Source of the DNA: an uncultured Acidobacteriota bacterium
GTDB taxonomy: Bacteria > Acidobacteriota > Vicinamibacteria > Fen-336
Assembly (NCBI GenBank): GCA_963818355.1
Contig: CAWFSB010000003.1
Span: 89,556-153,555, forward strand
Length of the DNA: 64,000 nucleotides
Direction of reading: 5' to 3'
This document shows positions 47,260 to 57,995 of this stretch, piece after piece. The notes beneath the pieces were generated by a model that saw only the letters and a list, made by a program, of their open reading frames with translations, made no database searches and was not told the origin of the DNA. Each line of letters starts with the position of its first letter. The first letter of the stretch is position 1. Position numbers and translations under genes: made by a program.

Positions 47260-48012
47260 TCAGGCGCCCGGCGAGGGCGGCGCCGTGCGGCAGGCCTCGT
47301 CGAAGAGGGCGTCGTAGCCCGCGGCGAGCGAGCGCAGCGCCGAAGCACCGTCGCCGCGGAAGGACGAGCCGTGCATCACGGCCAGGGCCTGCGGCTCGAG
47401 ATCGGCGAGCGCGCGCAGGGTCGACCCCGTCGTCGGGGTGAGCGCCGTCCCGCCGGGCATCGCGCGTTCCATGTCGAGCGCGGGGCCCACGATGTCCGAC
47501 TCGGTGATCGCGGACCCGTTTCCGGTGTGGGTGAAGAGGTCGCCGCACATCAGGGTCCGGGTCACCTCCTCGAACAGCACGACCGACTCCCAGCCGTGAG
47601 GGACGTGAGGCGTCGTGAGCAGGCGCACCGTCCGGCCTCCCAGGTCCAGCCGCTCGCCGTGCGCGAGCGCGCGCGGGGGTCGGTCCGCGAGATCGTTGAG
47701 CGAGACCATGCAGCCGATCTCGCCGTGGACGACCTGCGCGCCGGGGGCGGCGGCCAGCCACTGGTTCATGGCCCCGCACTCGTCGGCTTCGACGTGCCCG
47801 AAGCCCACCCAGCGAAGGCGGTTGAGCGGCACCGCGCGGGCCGCGGCCTCGACCACGGACGGGAACAGCCCGCGCATGCCCGTGTGGAACAGCAGGGGCT
47901 CGTCGGCGTCGAGCAGGAACTGGTTGAACGTGAACCCGCCGGGCAGCAGGTCCGGGAAGAACGTGGACAGCCGGAACACCCCCGGGCCGATCTCGGTCAG
48001 CGTCGTGCGCAT
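47260..48012 (-). CDS. MBL-fold metallo-hydrolase family protein
   Basis: Intact 250-aa ORF with a beta-lactamase-fold layout. GFGHVEADECG stands in place of HxHxDH, and there are later HVPHG and MHG histidines. Confidence 0.72.
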   Translation of the reverse strand: MRTTLTEIGPGVFRLSTFFPDLLPGGFTFNQFLLDADEPLLFHTGMRGLFPSVVEAAARAVPLNRLRWVGFGHVEADECGAMNQWLAAAPGAQVVHGEIGCMVSLNDLADRPPRALAHGERLDLGGRTVRLLTTPHVPHGWESVVLFEEVTRTLMCGDLFTHTGNGSAITESDIVGPALDMERAMPGGTALTPTTGSTLRALADLEPQALAVMHGSSFRGDGASALRSLAAGYDALFDEACRTAPPSPGA

Positions 48013-48341
48013 CGCGGTTCTCCTCTCTCCTCTTCGGACGTCGCGTTCGGACCCCGATGGCCGGGCGACCGGGGAGGCCGCGCGCCACCCGGACCTGTCC
48101 CTGTCGAGCCCCCGGGAAATGACGGTGGCAGAGGATACCTTCCCGACGGTGTTCGCGACAACGGCGCGGCGCCCGCGGAGCCGCCCGACCGCGCCCTGCC
48201 CGCGAGCCGCTGCGGCCGTTGGCCGGCTTCGGGTCTATACTCCGCCGGTCGCCCGCCGCGCCGGCGACCTGCTCGCGGCAACGGTGGAGCGGGGGGCAAC
48301 CGGGCGTGCGGGCCGTTTCCGGGAATCTTCCAGGAGGAGCC

Positions 48342-49781
48342 ATGAAGCCGAGGAGTGCGCGCGCCACCGGGATGGTGGCCACAGCGGTCGTCGCCGCCGT
48401 CGTCGGTGTGGGTGCGCTCGTCAGCGCGCAGGCCCAGCCGGCGCCCCGTGGGCCCGGACCCACCGGGAACGCCGCGCTCTTCCCCCCGCTCGACGCCAGC
48501 AAGGACGGCGTGCTGACCCGAGAGGAGCTGAAAGCAGGCTTCGACGCGTGGTACACGAAGTGGGACAGCACCGGCACCAACGCCGTGACCTTTGACCAGG
48601 TCTTCCGCGGCCTGGCCGAAGTGGTTCCGCCGCCGCCGCCCACGGTGGCGGCGCCGCAGAACCAGACGCCGAGTCCCGAACACGTGACCGCCATGCTCGC
48701 GGCGTTGCCCGAGAAGGCCCCGGTCGCGCCGAAGCAGCCGCGCAGGGTCCTGGTGCTCGGCAAGGCCCAGGGGTTCGTGCATTCGTCGATCCCCATCGCC
48801 GCGCGCACCATCGAGGAGATGGGCAAGAAGTACGGCGCGTGGTCGACGACGATCACCTACGACCCGGCCGACATCAACGAGGCCAACCTGAAGGCGTACG
48901 ACGCCGTCTTCCTGGCGAGCACGACCGGCCACTTCCTCGACGACCCGAACGACACGAAGATCACCGAGGCTCGCCGCAAGGCTCTCCTCGACTTCGTGCG
49001 CGGCGGAAAGGGCGTCGCGGGCATCCACGCGGCCTGCGACTCGTATCACCGCAACTCCGCGCAGCCCGCCAACGCCCCGCCCGTCAACTGGGCCGTGGTG
49101 GGCATCGCGTCGCGGGTGATGACGGGCGACACCGACGGCGACGGCAAGCTGACCCGCCCGGAGCTCGGCGTGCTCGCCGACGCGTGGTTCGACAAGCTGG
49201 ACCCCGAGAGGACCGGCAAGGTCGTCCAGGCCGACTTCCCTCGGCGCTTCGCGGCGATTCCGGCGTCGGCGCAACCGGCCCGTCCCGCGCAGGGGAACGG
49301 GCAGGGGCCGGCCACCGACCTCACGCCGGACCAGCAGGTCGGCACCTGGCCCGAGTTCAACACGATGATGGGCGCCTTCTTCAAGTGGCACTGGAACGAC
49401 GGCCAGCCGATCACCGTGAAGGTCGACGAGCCCAGCCACCCGCTGAACGCGGCCTTCAAGGGCCAGTCGTGGGACATCGTCGACGAGACCTACACCTTCG
49501 GTCGCGACACCTACTCCCGCTCGAACCTGAGGGTGTTGACGAGTGTCGACTACTCCCGGATGAGCGCCGAGGACAAGGCCAAGGAGAACAACCCGCGGGC
49601 CGACGGCGACTACGCGCTCAGCTGGATCCGCGCCGAGGGCAAGGGCCGCGTCTTCTACGAGGCGCACGGCCACAACGAGAAGGTCTACGCGCACAAGCTG
49701 CTGCTCGAGCACGTGCTGGCCGGGATGCAGTACGTCCTCGGCGACCTTGCGGCCGACGACAGCCCGAGCGTGAAGAAATAG
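48342..49781 (+). CDS. ThuA-like (trehalose-utilisation A, class I amidotransferase-like fold) protein carrying two EF-hand loops, secreted
   Basis: AGGAGGAG-N2-ATG start with a signal peptide. The ThuA-like core reads RVLVLGKAQGFVHSSIP...GGKGVAGIHAA...RVFYEAHGHN. Canonical EF-hand loops are DASKDGVLTREE and DTDGDGKLTRPE. Confidence 0.75.
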   Translation: MKPRSARATGMVATAVVAAVVGVGALVSAQAQPAPRGPGPTGNAALFPPLDASKDGVLTREELKAGFDAWYTKWDSTGTNAVTFDQVFRGLAEVVPPPPPTVAAPQNQTPSPEHVTAMLAALPEKAPVAPKQPRRVLVLGKAQGFVHSSIPIAARTIEEMGKKYGAWSTTITYDPADINEANLKAYDAVFLASTTGHFLDDPNDTKITEARRKALLDFVRGGKGVAGIHAACDSYHRNSAQPANAPPVNWAVVGIASRVMTGDTDGDGKLTRPELGVLADAWFDKLDPERTGKVVQADFPRRFAAIPASAQPARPAQGNGQGPATDLTPDQQVGTWPEFNTMMGAFFKWHWNDGQPITVKVDEPSHPLNAAFKGQSWDIVDETYTFGRDTYSRSNLRVLTSVDYSRMSAEDKAKENNPRADGDYALSWIRAEGKGRVFYEAHGHNEKVYAHKLLLEHVLAGMQYVLGDLAADDSPSVKK

Positions 49782-49800
49782 CGGAGGACCGGACGGCAGG

Positions 49801-50668
49801 CTACGGGGTCCAGCCGGGCAACGCGGCCGCCTGCTTCACCCACGTCGCCATCTGCGCCTCGTCGAGCTCGTCGCCTTCGCGGATGTCGAGGTAGCGCGCG
49901 TCCTTGCTCTTGCTGGCGCCGGGCGGGACCGGTCGCAGCGACGTGCCGCGGAAGAAGGTCACCTTGACGTAGTGCGTGAAGACGTGGAACGACAGGAACC
50001 AACCCTGGCCCTCGATGCCGTAGAACGGCGAGTTCCACTTCACGGCCTTGCGCACGTTGGGCACGTTCCGCACGATGAGCGCGTCGAGGCGCCTCCCGAC
50101 GTCGCGCTTCCAGCCCGGCATCGCGGCGATGTACGCCTGCACCGGGGCGTCGCCGTCGGCCTTCGCGATCTGCGGATTGCCGCCCGGAAAGGAGCTTCAC
50201 CGGCCGCTTCTCGCTCGCCCCGGGCCTGGCCTTCGCCGGCGGGCCATTCTGGGCCACCGCGGCCTTCACGAGCGCCTTGAACGCGCCCGCGTCGACCTTC
50301 TCCCCTTCGTGGATGTCGATCGCCCTTCGCGTGTTGCCTTCCAGGCTGGAATTGAAGAGGCGCGATGGGTCCGGGATCCTGGCCCCCCGGGCGAACGTGA
50401 GCTTCACGACCTTCGTGTACGCCTCCCCGGTGCAGACGATCCCGTGGTGCGACCAGACCGGAGTGCCCATCCACTTCCACTCCTCGGTCATCTCGGGGTC
50501 GGCTTCCAGGATCAGCGCCCGCATGCGGGCCAGGGTCTCCCCGCGCCATCCCCCCAGGTCGCGGATCCGCTGGTCGATGAGCCGGGAAGCGGGCTCGGCG
50601 CCTGCCTTCGGCGAGGACTGGGTGTCCGACCTGCGCGGATTGCTCGCGCGCGACGTGCTCTTCGCCAT
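49801..50668 (-). CDS. Tandem DUF1801 (YdhG-like) domain protein, one frameshift
   Basis: Two similar halves: EEWKWMGTPVWSHHG...VKLTFARGA...IDIHEGE and AVKWNSPFYGIEG...VKVTFFRGT...LDIREGD. They are joined across one inserted base at ~50185 (track ORFs 49685..50668 and 49801..50142). Confidence 0.68.
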
Positions 50669-50746
50669 TCTGCCTCCGGAGGTGGATATCCTACGCTACT
50701 GCCGGATGCGGCAGAATGCCCGGCCGGGCCCACCCGGAGGCCACCG

Positions 50747-53700
50747 ATGACCCAGCGCTCGCTGCGACTCGCCCTTCTCCTCGCCCTCGGCGCCTGGCCG
50801 CTCCTTGCGGCCGACGATCCTGGCCGAGCGCGATCCGACGCCCTCGCCGGGCTCCTCGACCCGGCCGCGCTGCGCGCGACGCGCACGCCGCGGACGCTCG
50901 CCGAGCTGCGCGCCTCCTTCGCCGACCCTCCGGCGGAGTTCCGGCCGGCGCCGCTGTGGGTCTGGAACGACGAGCTCGACTGGCCGCGCCTCGAGGAGCA
51001 GCTGCGACAGTTCAAGGCGCGCGGCATCGGCGGCGTCTTCGTGCACCCGCGGCCGGGTCTCATGACGGAGTACCTCGGCGACGAGTGGTTCTCGCTGTGG
51101 AAGAGGTCCCTGGCGCTCGGCCAGGAGCTAGGGATCAAGGTCCACATCTACGACGAGAACAGCTACCCGAGCGGATTCTCCGGCGGGCACGTCCCCTCCC
51201 TCGCGCCGGACACGGCGGGCCGCGTGCTCCTCTACGACTGGCGCGACTCGACGGACGGGGTGCCGTGGATGGACAAGGCGACCGTCGCCATCTACGCCGT
51301 CGCGACGCGGGAGGACGGCGCGCCCCGCACCTACCGGCGCATCGTCCAGGGCGATACGGCGTCGGCCGGCGAGCGGGTGCTGGTGACCCGCATCGCACCG
51401 GTGCCGGCGGCGGAGTGGACGGCCGGCTTTCCTTACGTCGACCTCACGGACCCGCGGACGACCGAGGTCTTCCTGCAGACGACCTACGAGCGTTACCGCC
51501 GGGAGGTCGGCGACGAGTTCGGCCGCACCGTCCTCTGGGCCTTCAGCGACGAGCCGGAGCTCAGCAAGAGCCCGGGCTGGGATGGCCCCGGCCTCCCGCT
51601 CAGCCTCCGTACCCTCGCGGAGTTCCGCAGGCGCCGCGGGTACGATCTCGCCGACCACCTCCCGTCGCTCCACTGGGACGTCGGCGACTTCCGGCGCGTG
51701 CGCTTCGACTACTGGGAGACGATCCACGAGCTGCTGGCCGAGGCCTTCTTCCAGCCGATGTTCGCCTGGTGCGACCGCAACCGCCTGCAGTGGACCGGCC
51801 ACTGGTGGGAGCACCTGTGGCCCGAGCCGTGGTCGACGCCCTCCGACATGTCGATGAACGCCTTCGAGCACGTGCCGGGCATCGACCTCCTCGCGTTCCA
51901 GACCGACGGGCTCCGCGCTCGCGGCGTTGAGCCGCACATGCTCCTCACGGTCAAGCAGGTGGCGAGCGTCGCCCACCAGCTCGGCCGGCCTCGCGTGCTG
52001 TCCGAGACCTACGGCGGCGGGGGCTGGGGCCTGCGGCTCGAGGACATGAAGCGCCTCGGAGACTGGGAGATCGTCCACGGCGTCAACCTCGTGAACCCGC
52101 ACCTGGCCCACGCGACGGTTCGCGGCCCCCGCAAGCGCGACTGGCCGCAGTCCTTCTCCGACGCGGCCGAGTGGTGGAAGGACTACCGCGTCCACGCCGA
52201 CCACATCGGGCGCCTGAGCCTCGCGATGGCCTCCGGCCGGGCGAAGAGCCGCGTGCTCGTCCTGAATCCCTCGACGGCGGCGTACCTCGTGGCGCGGCGC
52301 AGCCAGGCGAGCGGTGCGAACCCCGACCTCGAGCGGATCAAGGCGAGCCAGGGCGAGCTCCTCCAGAGCCTCGCCGACCACCAGGTCGATTTCGATCTCG
52401 GCGACGAGTACCTGCTCGACTGGTTCGGCGGCGCCGAGGGCCCTCGCCTGGCCGTCGGCCACGCCCTCTATGACGTCGTCGTCTGGCCGGCCAGCATGGA
52501 CAACCTCCGCCAGGCGACACTCGATCGACTCGGCTCGTATGCGCGGAACGGCGGCGCGATCGTCGCCCTCGGCGCGGCCGAGACCGTGCTCGTGGACGGC
52601 CGCCCGAACGAGGCGGCGCGGGCGCTCGTGTCGCGAGTCGCGCGCGTCGCGACGGGCGAGGAGCTCCTCGGCGTCCTCCGCCGGCTCGCGCCGCCGCGCG
52701 TTCGGTTCGAGACGGAGGTGCCGCCCGGCGTCGGCTTCGCCGAGCGCGAGCTCGACGGCGGCGACCGGCTGCTGCTCTTCAACAACGCAGGGCCGGAGCC
52801 GGTGGACACGGTGGCCGTCCTGCCGGGAACGGGGCGCGTCGAGGCGTGGGACACCGGAAGCGGCGCCGTGCGCGCCTACCCGGTTCTCGCCAAGGGCTCG
52901 GGAGAGGTGCGCCTGCCGCTGTCGCTCCCGCCGGCCGGGTCGCTCCTGCTCGCCATCGAGCGGGGCGGCACGCCGGAGGTTCGCCGCCCGGAGCTGAAGC
53001 GTTCCGCGGCCGTCGTCGACGCGGACTGGACGGCGGCGGCGACTTCCCCGAACGTCCTCGTCCTCGACTTCTGCGACGTGTCGGTCGGCGGGCGCGAGAT
53101 GAAGGACGTCCTCGCGATGCAAGCGTCGAAGGCCGTCTTCCGCGACCACGGCTTCGACGCCGACCCCTGGGAGATGGCGGTGCAGTTCCGGAGGGGAGTC
53201 CTCGACCGCAACACGTTCGGCCTGGGATCGGGCTTCACGGCGCGTTACCGGTTCCACGTGCGCGACGCCGAGGCGGCGCGGGGACTGAGGCTGGCCGTCG
53301 AAAACCCGGACCTCTACCGCGTGTCGATCAACGGGAGGCCGATCGACTTCACGACTGGCGAGCGCTGGCTCGATCCGCACCTGCGGCCGGCCGACGTCGC
53401 GTCCGCGGTGACGGTCGGCGACAACACCATCGAGGTCGTCGCGAGCCCGTTCGACGTCCGCATGGCGATCGAGCCGGTCTACCTCCTCGGCGCCTTCGGC
53501 CTGCGCCCGGCCGGGAAGGGCTTCGACCTCGTGGCGCCGGCCACGCTCGGGATCGGCCCGTGGCGCGCGCAAGGCCGGCCCTTCGAGTCGGCGTCGGTCG
53601 TGTACTCGGCCGAGGTGACGCTCCCGCCGGGGACGGCCGCGCTGCGCCTCGCGCTCGGCCGCTGGGCCGGCGCGCTGGCCGAGGTGCGCATCGACAACCG

Positions 53701-53959
53701 GCCCGCGGGGGTGCTCGCCTGGCCTCCGTGGTCGACCGAGGTCGAGGCCACGCCGGGACGCCACGTGGTGACGGTCCGCGTGGCCGGCACGCCCCGCAAC
53801 GTCTTCGGCCCCTTCCACGACCCGCGCCCCGAGCCGCGCGTCGAGTGGCCGGGGCACTGGATCCTCTTCGCCGAGCGGAAGCAGCCGCCCGGGGCCGAGT
53901 ACGGCGTCGCCGACTACGGCCTCTTCGAGCCGCCGACCCTCACGGCTTTGGGGTCGTAG
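50747..53959 (+). CDS. Large secreted glycoside hydrolase-like protein (GH106 / alpha-L-rhamnosidase-like family suspected)
   Basis: Intact 1070-aa ORF from GGAGG-N6-ATG; the track ORF start at 50048 is a spurious extension. It has a signal peptide, then FADPPAEFRPAPLWVWND...GIGGVFVHPRPGL...YDENSYPSGFSGG. The family is assigned from memory only. Confidence 0.6.
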   Translation: MTQRSLRLALLLALGAWPLLAADDPGRARSDALAGLLDPAALRATRTPRTLAELRASFADPPAEFRPAPLWVWNDELDWPRLEEQLRQFKARGIGGVFVHPRPGLMTEYLGDEWFSLWKRSLALGQELGIKVHIYDENSYPSGFSGGHVPSLAPDTAGRVLLYDWRDSTDGVPWMDKATVAIYAVATREDGAPRTYRRIVQGDTASAGERVLVTRIAPVPAAEWTAGFPYVDLTDPRTTEVFLQTTYERYRREVGDEFGRTVLWAFSDEPELSKSPGWDGPGLPLSLRTLAEFRRRRGYDLADHLPSLHWDVGDFRRVRFDYWETIHELLAEAFFQPMFAWCDRNRLQWTGHWWEHLWPEPWSTPSDMSMNAFEHVPGIDLLAFQTDGLRARGVEPHMLLTVKQVASVAHQLGRPRVLSETYGGGGWGLRLEDMKRLGDWEIVHGVNLVNPHLAHATVRGPRKRDWPQSFSDAAEWWKDYRVHADHIGRLSLAMASGRAKSRVLVLNPSTAAYLVARRSQASGANPDLERIKASQGELLQSLADHQVDFDLGDEYLLDWFGGAEGPRLAVGHALYDVVVWPASMDNLRQATLDRLGSYARNGGAIVALGAAETVLVDGRPNEAARALVSRVARVATGEELLGVLRRLAPPRVRFETEVPPGVGFAERELDGGDRLLLFNNAGPEPVDTVAVLPGTGRVEAWDTGSGAVRAYPVLAKGSGEVRLPLSLPPAGSLLLAIERGGTPEVRRPELKRSAAVVDADWTAAATSPNVLVLDFCDVSVGGREMKDVLAMQASKAVFRDHGFDADPWEMAVQFRRGVLDRNTFGLGSGFTARYRFHVRDAEAARGLRLAVENPDLYRVSINGRPIDFTTGERWLDPHLRPADVASAVTVGDNTIEVVASPFDVRMAIEPVYLLGAFGLRPAGKGFDLVAPATLGIGPWRAQGRPFESASVVYSAEVTLPPGTAALRLALGRWAGALAEVRIDNRPAGVLAWPPWSTEVEATPGRHVVTVRVAGTPRNVFGPFHDPRPEPRVEWPGHWILFAERKQPPGAEYGVADYGLFEPPTLTALGS

Positions 53960-54368
53960 CGCCGAGCGACCAGACCGCCGAGAGCGACTCCGGAAGCTCC
54001 TGCAGGTTCCCGTTCGGGTCGAGGGAAACGACGTCCACGTCCGCCGTGGCGATCGTGGCCGCGTCGGAGGCCCTCGTGGCCTCCTGGTGGAAGACGACGC
54101 GATAGCCGGACGAGCGTTCCACGCGGGTCCGTATGTCGAGACGCTCCCCGAGGCGCGCCGGCGCACGAAACCGGATCCTCATCTCGTAGACGACGAAGCG
54201 GTGGCTCCCCGCGGCGATGTCGCCCATCGGGTAGCCCGCCGCGTCGAGGATCTCCGAGCGGGCCCGCTCGAAGAAGCGGAGGTAGTTCGCGTGGTAGACG
54301 AACCCCTGGGCGTCCGTGTCCTCGAGGTAGACCCGGACGGACAGCAGGTGCTCGCGGGCCCCGGACAT
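53940..54368 (-). CDS. Acyl-CoA thioesterase, YbgC/4HBT hot-dog family
   Basis: Intact 142-aa ORF with VRVYLEDTDAQGFVYHANYLRFFE. Confidence 0.85.
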   Translation of the reverse strand: MSGAREHLLSVRVYLEDTDAQGFVYHANYLRFFERARSEILDAAGYPMGDIAAGSHRFVVYEMRIRFRAPARLGERLDIRTRVERSSGYRVVFHQEATRASDAATIATADVDVVSLDPNGNLQELPESLSAVWSLGATTPKP

Positions 54369-54417
54369 AGCGCACGATGGTAACCGCGGGGAGCGGCGCG
54401 AGCCAGCCCGGGGAGCA

Positions 54418-54423
54418 TAGAAT
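54418..54423 (+). promoter_or_regulatory. -10-like hexamer TAGAAT(CC) upstream of the Gfo/Idh/MocA gene at 54449
   Basis: CATAGAATCC, 26 nt before the ATG, followed by GGAGG. Confidence 0.35.
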
Positions 54424-54448
54424 CCCTGCGATACAGGAGGTCGAGCCC

Positions 54449-55565
54449 ATGTCCAGGACCCGCGCCGTTCTCCCCGCCCTGCTCTTGGCCCTGGCGCTTC
54501 CGAGGGGCGCCGCCGCCCAGGCCCCCGCCCCCGCCCCCGTGCGCCTCGCGATCGCCGGCCTCACCCACGGCCACGTCCACGGGATCCTCGCCCGCGAGAA
54601 GAAGGGCGACGTGGAGATCGTGGGGATCGCGGAGAAGAACGGCGAGCTGGCGCGCCGGTACGCGGCCCACTACGGCGTCGACCCGTCGCTCCTCTTCGAC
54701 GACCTCGCCGCGATGCTCGACCGCGTGAAGCCCGAGGCGGTGGCCGCGTTCGGGCCGACGAGCGACCACCTCGCGGTGGTGGAGGCGTGCGCGCCGCGCA
54801 AGATCCACGTGATGGTGGAGAAGCCGCTCGCCCTGACCCTCGCCGAGGGCCGGCGGATGGCCGAGCTGGCCACGGCCCACGGCGTCCACGTGCTCACGAA
54901 CTACGAGACCACCTGGTACGGCAGCCACCGGAAGATGGGCGAGCTCGTCCTGCGCGACCGACGGGTGGGGCCGATCCGCAAGATGGTCGTGCACGACGGA
55001 CACCCGGGGCCGGTGAAGATCGCGGTGGAGCCGGAGTTCCTCGAGTGGCTCACCGACCCGGCGCGCAACGGCGGGGGCGCGATCATGGACTTCGGCTGCT
55101 ACGGGGCCGACCTGATGACCTGGCTGATGCAGGGCGAGCGACCGGTCTCCGTGACCGCCGTGACCCAGCAGCTCCAGCCCGACGTCTACCCGAGGGTGGA
55201 CGACGAGGCCACGATCGTCGTGACCTACCCGAGAGCGCAGGGGATCATCCAGGCGTCGTGGAACTGGCCGTTCAGCCGCAAGGACACGTACGTCTACGGG
55301 GAGAAGGGGACCGTCTTCGCCCTCGACTCGCGGCGGGTGCGCTACCGCCCGGGCGACGCCGAGAAGGAGATCGAGGCCCCTCCCCCGCCGCCGCCCGCCG
55401 ACGAGCCGTTCGCGTACCTGGCCGCGGTCGTGCGGGGCGCGGCGACCGTGGCGCCCACCGACCTGTCGTCGCTGCCGGTCAACCTCACCGTGATGGAGAT
55501 CCTCGACGCGGCCCGCGAGTCCGCGCGCACGGGGAGGACGATCCGGCTCGGAGGCGGAGAAGTAG
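54449..55565 (+). CDS. Secreted Gfo/Idh/MocA family oxidoreductase (one inferred frameshift at the 3' end)
   Basis: GGAGG-N9-ATG start with a Sec-type signal peptide. It has LAIAGLTHGHVH and MVEKPL. The track frame runs on into the next gene. One +1 step at ~55550 gives ...TGRTIRL-EAEK and TAG 55563-55565. Confidence 0.78.
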
Positions 55566-55613
55566 CGGTTCACGCCATCGAGCCGCGCGGACCTTCCGAG
55601 ACAGGAGACCCTC

Positions 55614-57902
55614 ATGAAGCCGCTCTTCACGACCATCCCGCTCGTGCTGCTCGCGACGGCGAGCGCTGCGTCGGCGCAGACCGAAGGACCCGGTCGACTA
55701 CGTCGACACGAGCATCGGCACCATCTCCCACATGCTGGTGCCGACCTTCCCGACCATCCAGCGGCCGAACGGCATGCTCCGCATCGTCCCGCCCAACGAG
55801 AGCTTCACGACCGACCGCATCGACGGGTTCGGCCTCAGCGTCCCCTCGCACCGGCAGGGGCAGGTGTTTCAGCTGATGCCCGCCAGCGGAGACGCGGCGG
55901 CGCTGCGCGCCGACTGGAGCTCGCGCTACGACCACTCGGTGGCGCTGCCCTACCGCTACTCGGTGTTCCTCGACGACCACGACGCCACGGTCGCGTTCGC
56001 CCCCGGGCGCCGGGCGGCGATCTGCGCGGTCGACTTCGAGCGGCCGGCCGCCGGGAGCCACGAGAACTTCGTGCTGCTGCGCCCGCAGCGGAAAGGGTCG
56101 CTGCAGATCGACGGAGCGACGATCACCGGCACGGACGACTATCACGGCGTCACCGTGTACCTCCACGGCGAGCTCGACCCGTCGCCGGCGCGGGCGGGGG
56201 CGTTCGCCGGCGGGGCCCTCGACTTCGCCCGCCGGGCGACTCGCGACTCCGCCGAGCCCGTGGTGGCCGCCTTCCCCGCCTCGGTGCGTCAGGTGCGGCT
56301 GCGCTACGCGATCTCGTACGTCAGCGCCGACCAGGCGCGGCGGAACCTCGAGGCCGAGATCCGCGACTTCGACCTGGAGCGGCTGGCCGCCGAGGCCCGC
56401 GCCGAGTGGAACGCCGTCCTCGGAAAGGTCGTCGTCGAGGGCGGAACCGAGGACGAGAGGACGGTCTTCTACACGGCACTCTACCGGGCGCACGAGCGCA
56501 TGGTCCCGCATCTCCGAGGACGGACGCTACTTCAGCGCCTGGGACGGCCGGGTGCACGACGACGGCGGCGTGCCGTTCTGGACCGACGACTGGGTCTGGG
56601 ACACCTTCCACGCGCTGCACCCGCTGAACGTCCTCCTCAACCCCGGGGTGCAGGGCGAGAAGCTCGCGTCGTACGTCCGCGCCTGCGAGCAGTCGGGCTG
56701 GATGCCGACCTTCCCCACCGTCTTCGGCGACGCGCACTGCATGAACGGCCAGCACGCGGTCGCGGTGTTCGCGGACGCGTGGCGCAAGGGCATCCGGGGC
56801 TTCGACCTCGAGCGCGCCTACGCCTGCATGAAGAAGACCATGCTCGAGGAGAGCCTCATCCCCTGGTATCGCGGCCAGGCGACCGAGCTGGACCGCTTCT
56901 ACTGGGAGAAGGGCTACTTCCCGGCGCTCGCGCCCCGGCGAGCCGGAGACCGTGAAGGAGGTGACCGCGGGGGAGAAGCGGCAGGCGGTCGCGGTCACGC
57001 TCGCGGCCGCCTACGACGCCTGGTGCCTGGCCCAGATCGCCCGGGAGCTCGGCCACGAGGAGGACGCGCAGTTCTTCCTCACCCGCTCGCTCGACTACCG
57101 CAACCTCTGGAAGGCGGACACCGGCTTCTTCCACCCGAAGGACCGCGACGGGCAACTGGATCCTGCCCTTCGACTACAAGTACTCCGGCGGACAGGGCGC
57201 TCGCGACTACTACGACGAGAACAACGCCTGGACCTATCTCTGGGAGGTCTACCACGACGTCCCCGGGCTCGATCTCCCTCTTCGGCGGCCGCCGCGCGTT
57301 CGTCGACAAGCTGGACCGGCTCTTCGCCGAGGGGTACGAGCGCCCGCGCTGGCGAGTTCTACGACGTCCTTCCCGACTCGACCGGCAACGTCGGCATGTT
57401 CGTGATGGGCAACGAGCCGAGCTTCCACATCCCGTACCTCTACAACCTCGCCGGCGAGCCGTGGAAGACCCAGAAGCGGGTCCGCATGCTGCTCGAGGCC
57501 TGGTTCCGGCACGATCTCATGGGCATCCCCGGGGACGAGGACGGCGGCGGCATGTCGGCGTTCGTGGTCTTCTCGATGATGGGCTTCTACCCGGTGACGC
57601 CCGGGGTCCCCGCTTACGCCATCGGCAGCCCGGTCTTCAGCAAGGTCGTCATCCACCTGGAGAACGGCAAGCAGTTCGTGCTGAGCGCGCCGCGGGCCGA
57701 CCGGGCCCACAAGTACATCCAGTCGGCGACCGTGAACGGCCAGCCCTGGAACGAGCCCTGGTTCAGCCACGAGGTGCTGGCGAACGGCGGCACGGTGACT
57801 CTCGAGATGGCCGACCGGCCGAACAAGGCCTGGGGCTCGAGCCCGGACCTCGTGTCCCCCTGGTCCCGGTACGCGCCCGGGCCCCAGTCAGGGTCGAGGT
57901 GA
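55614..57902 (+). CDS. GH92 alpha-mannosidase (six frameshifts in this assembly)
   Basis: Signal peptide MKPLFTTIPLVLLATASAASAQ. Motifs: VDTSIGT, FYTALYRAHERM, SEDGRYFSAWDG, WVWDTFHALHPL, MGNEPSFHIPYLY and GDEDGGGMSAFVVFSMMGFYPV. +1 steps lie at ~55685, ~56505 (ccgatc to ccgcatc), ~56935, ~57165, ~57270 and ~57355. Confidence 0.85.
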
Positions 57903-57949
57903 GCCGGCGCTTCCACCGTGCCGACGCGCAGTGCCAGGCCGCCCCTGAG

Positions 57950-57975
57950 CCGCCCGGGACTTGAGTCTCGGGCGG
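57950..57975 (+). terminator. Hairpin after GH92 (candidate intrinsic terminator)
   Basis: 11-bp stem CCGCCCGGGAC / GTCTCGGGCGG with one G-U, loop TTGA, followed by GTTCGGTCT. It lies 48 nt after the GH92 stop and before the next start. Confidence 0.4.
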
Positions 57976-57995
57976 GTTCGGTCTAAGACACACGC

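Noticed and set aside
48013-48341. The 330-bp spacer before the ThuA-like gene, with a TATACT hexamer (48236) and a ~95-nt GC-rich leader containing a 7-bp hairpin (GGTCGCC...GGCGACC), considered as a riboswitch or sRNA.
   Set aside because: I could not match it to any riboswitch class from memory, and the pairings are short for this GC content. It is worth a covariance-model scan (Rfam/Infernal), but the sequence alone does not support a call.
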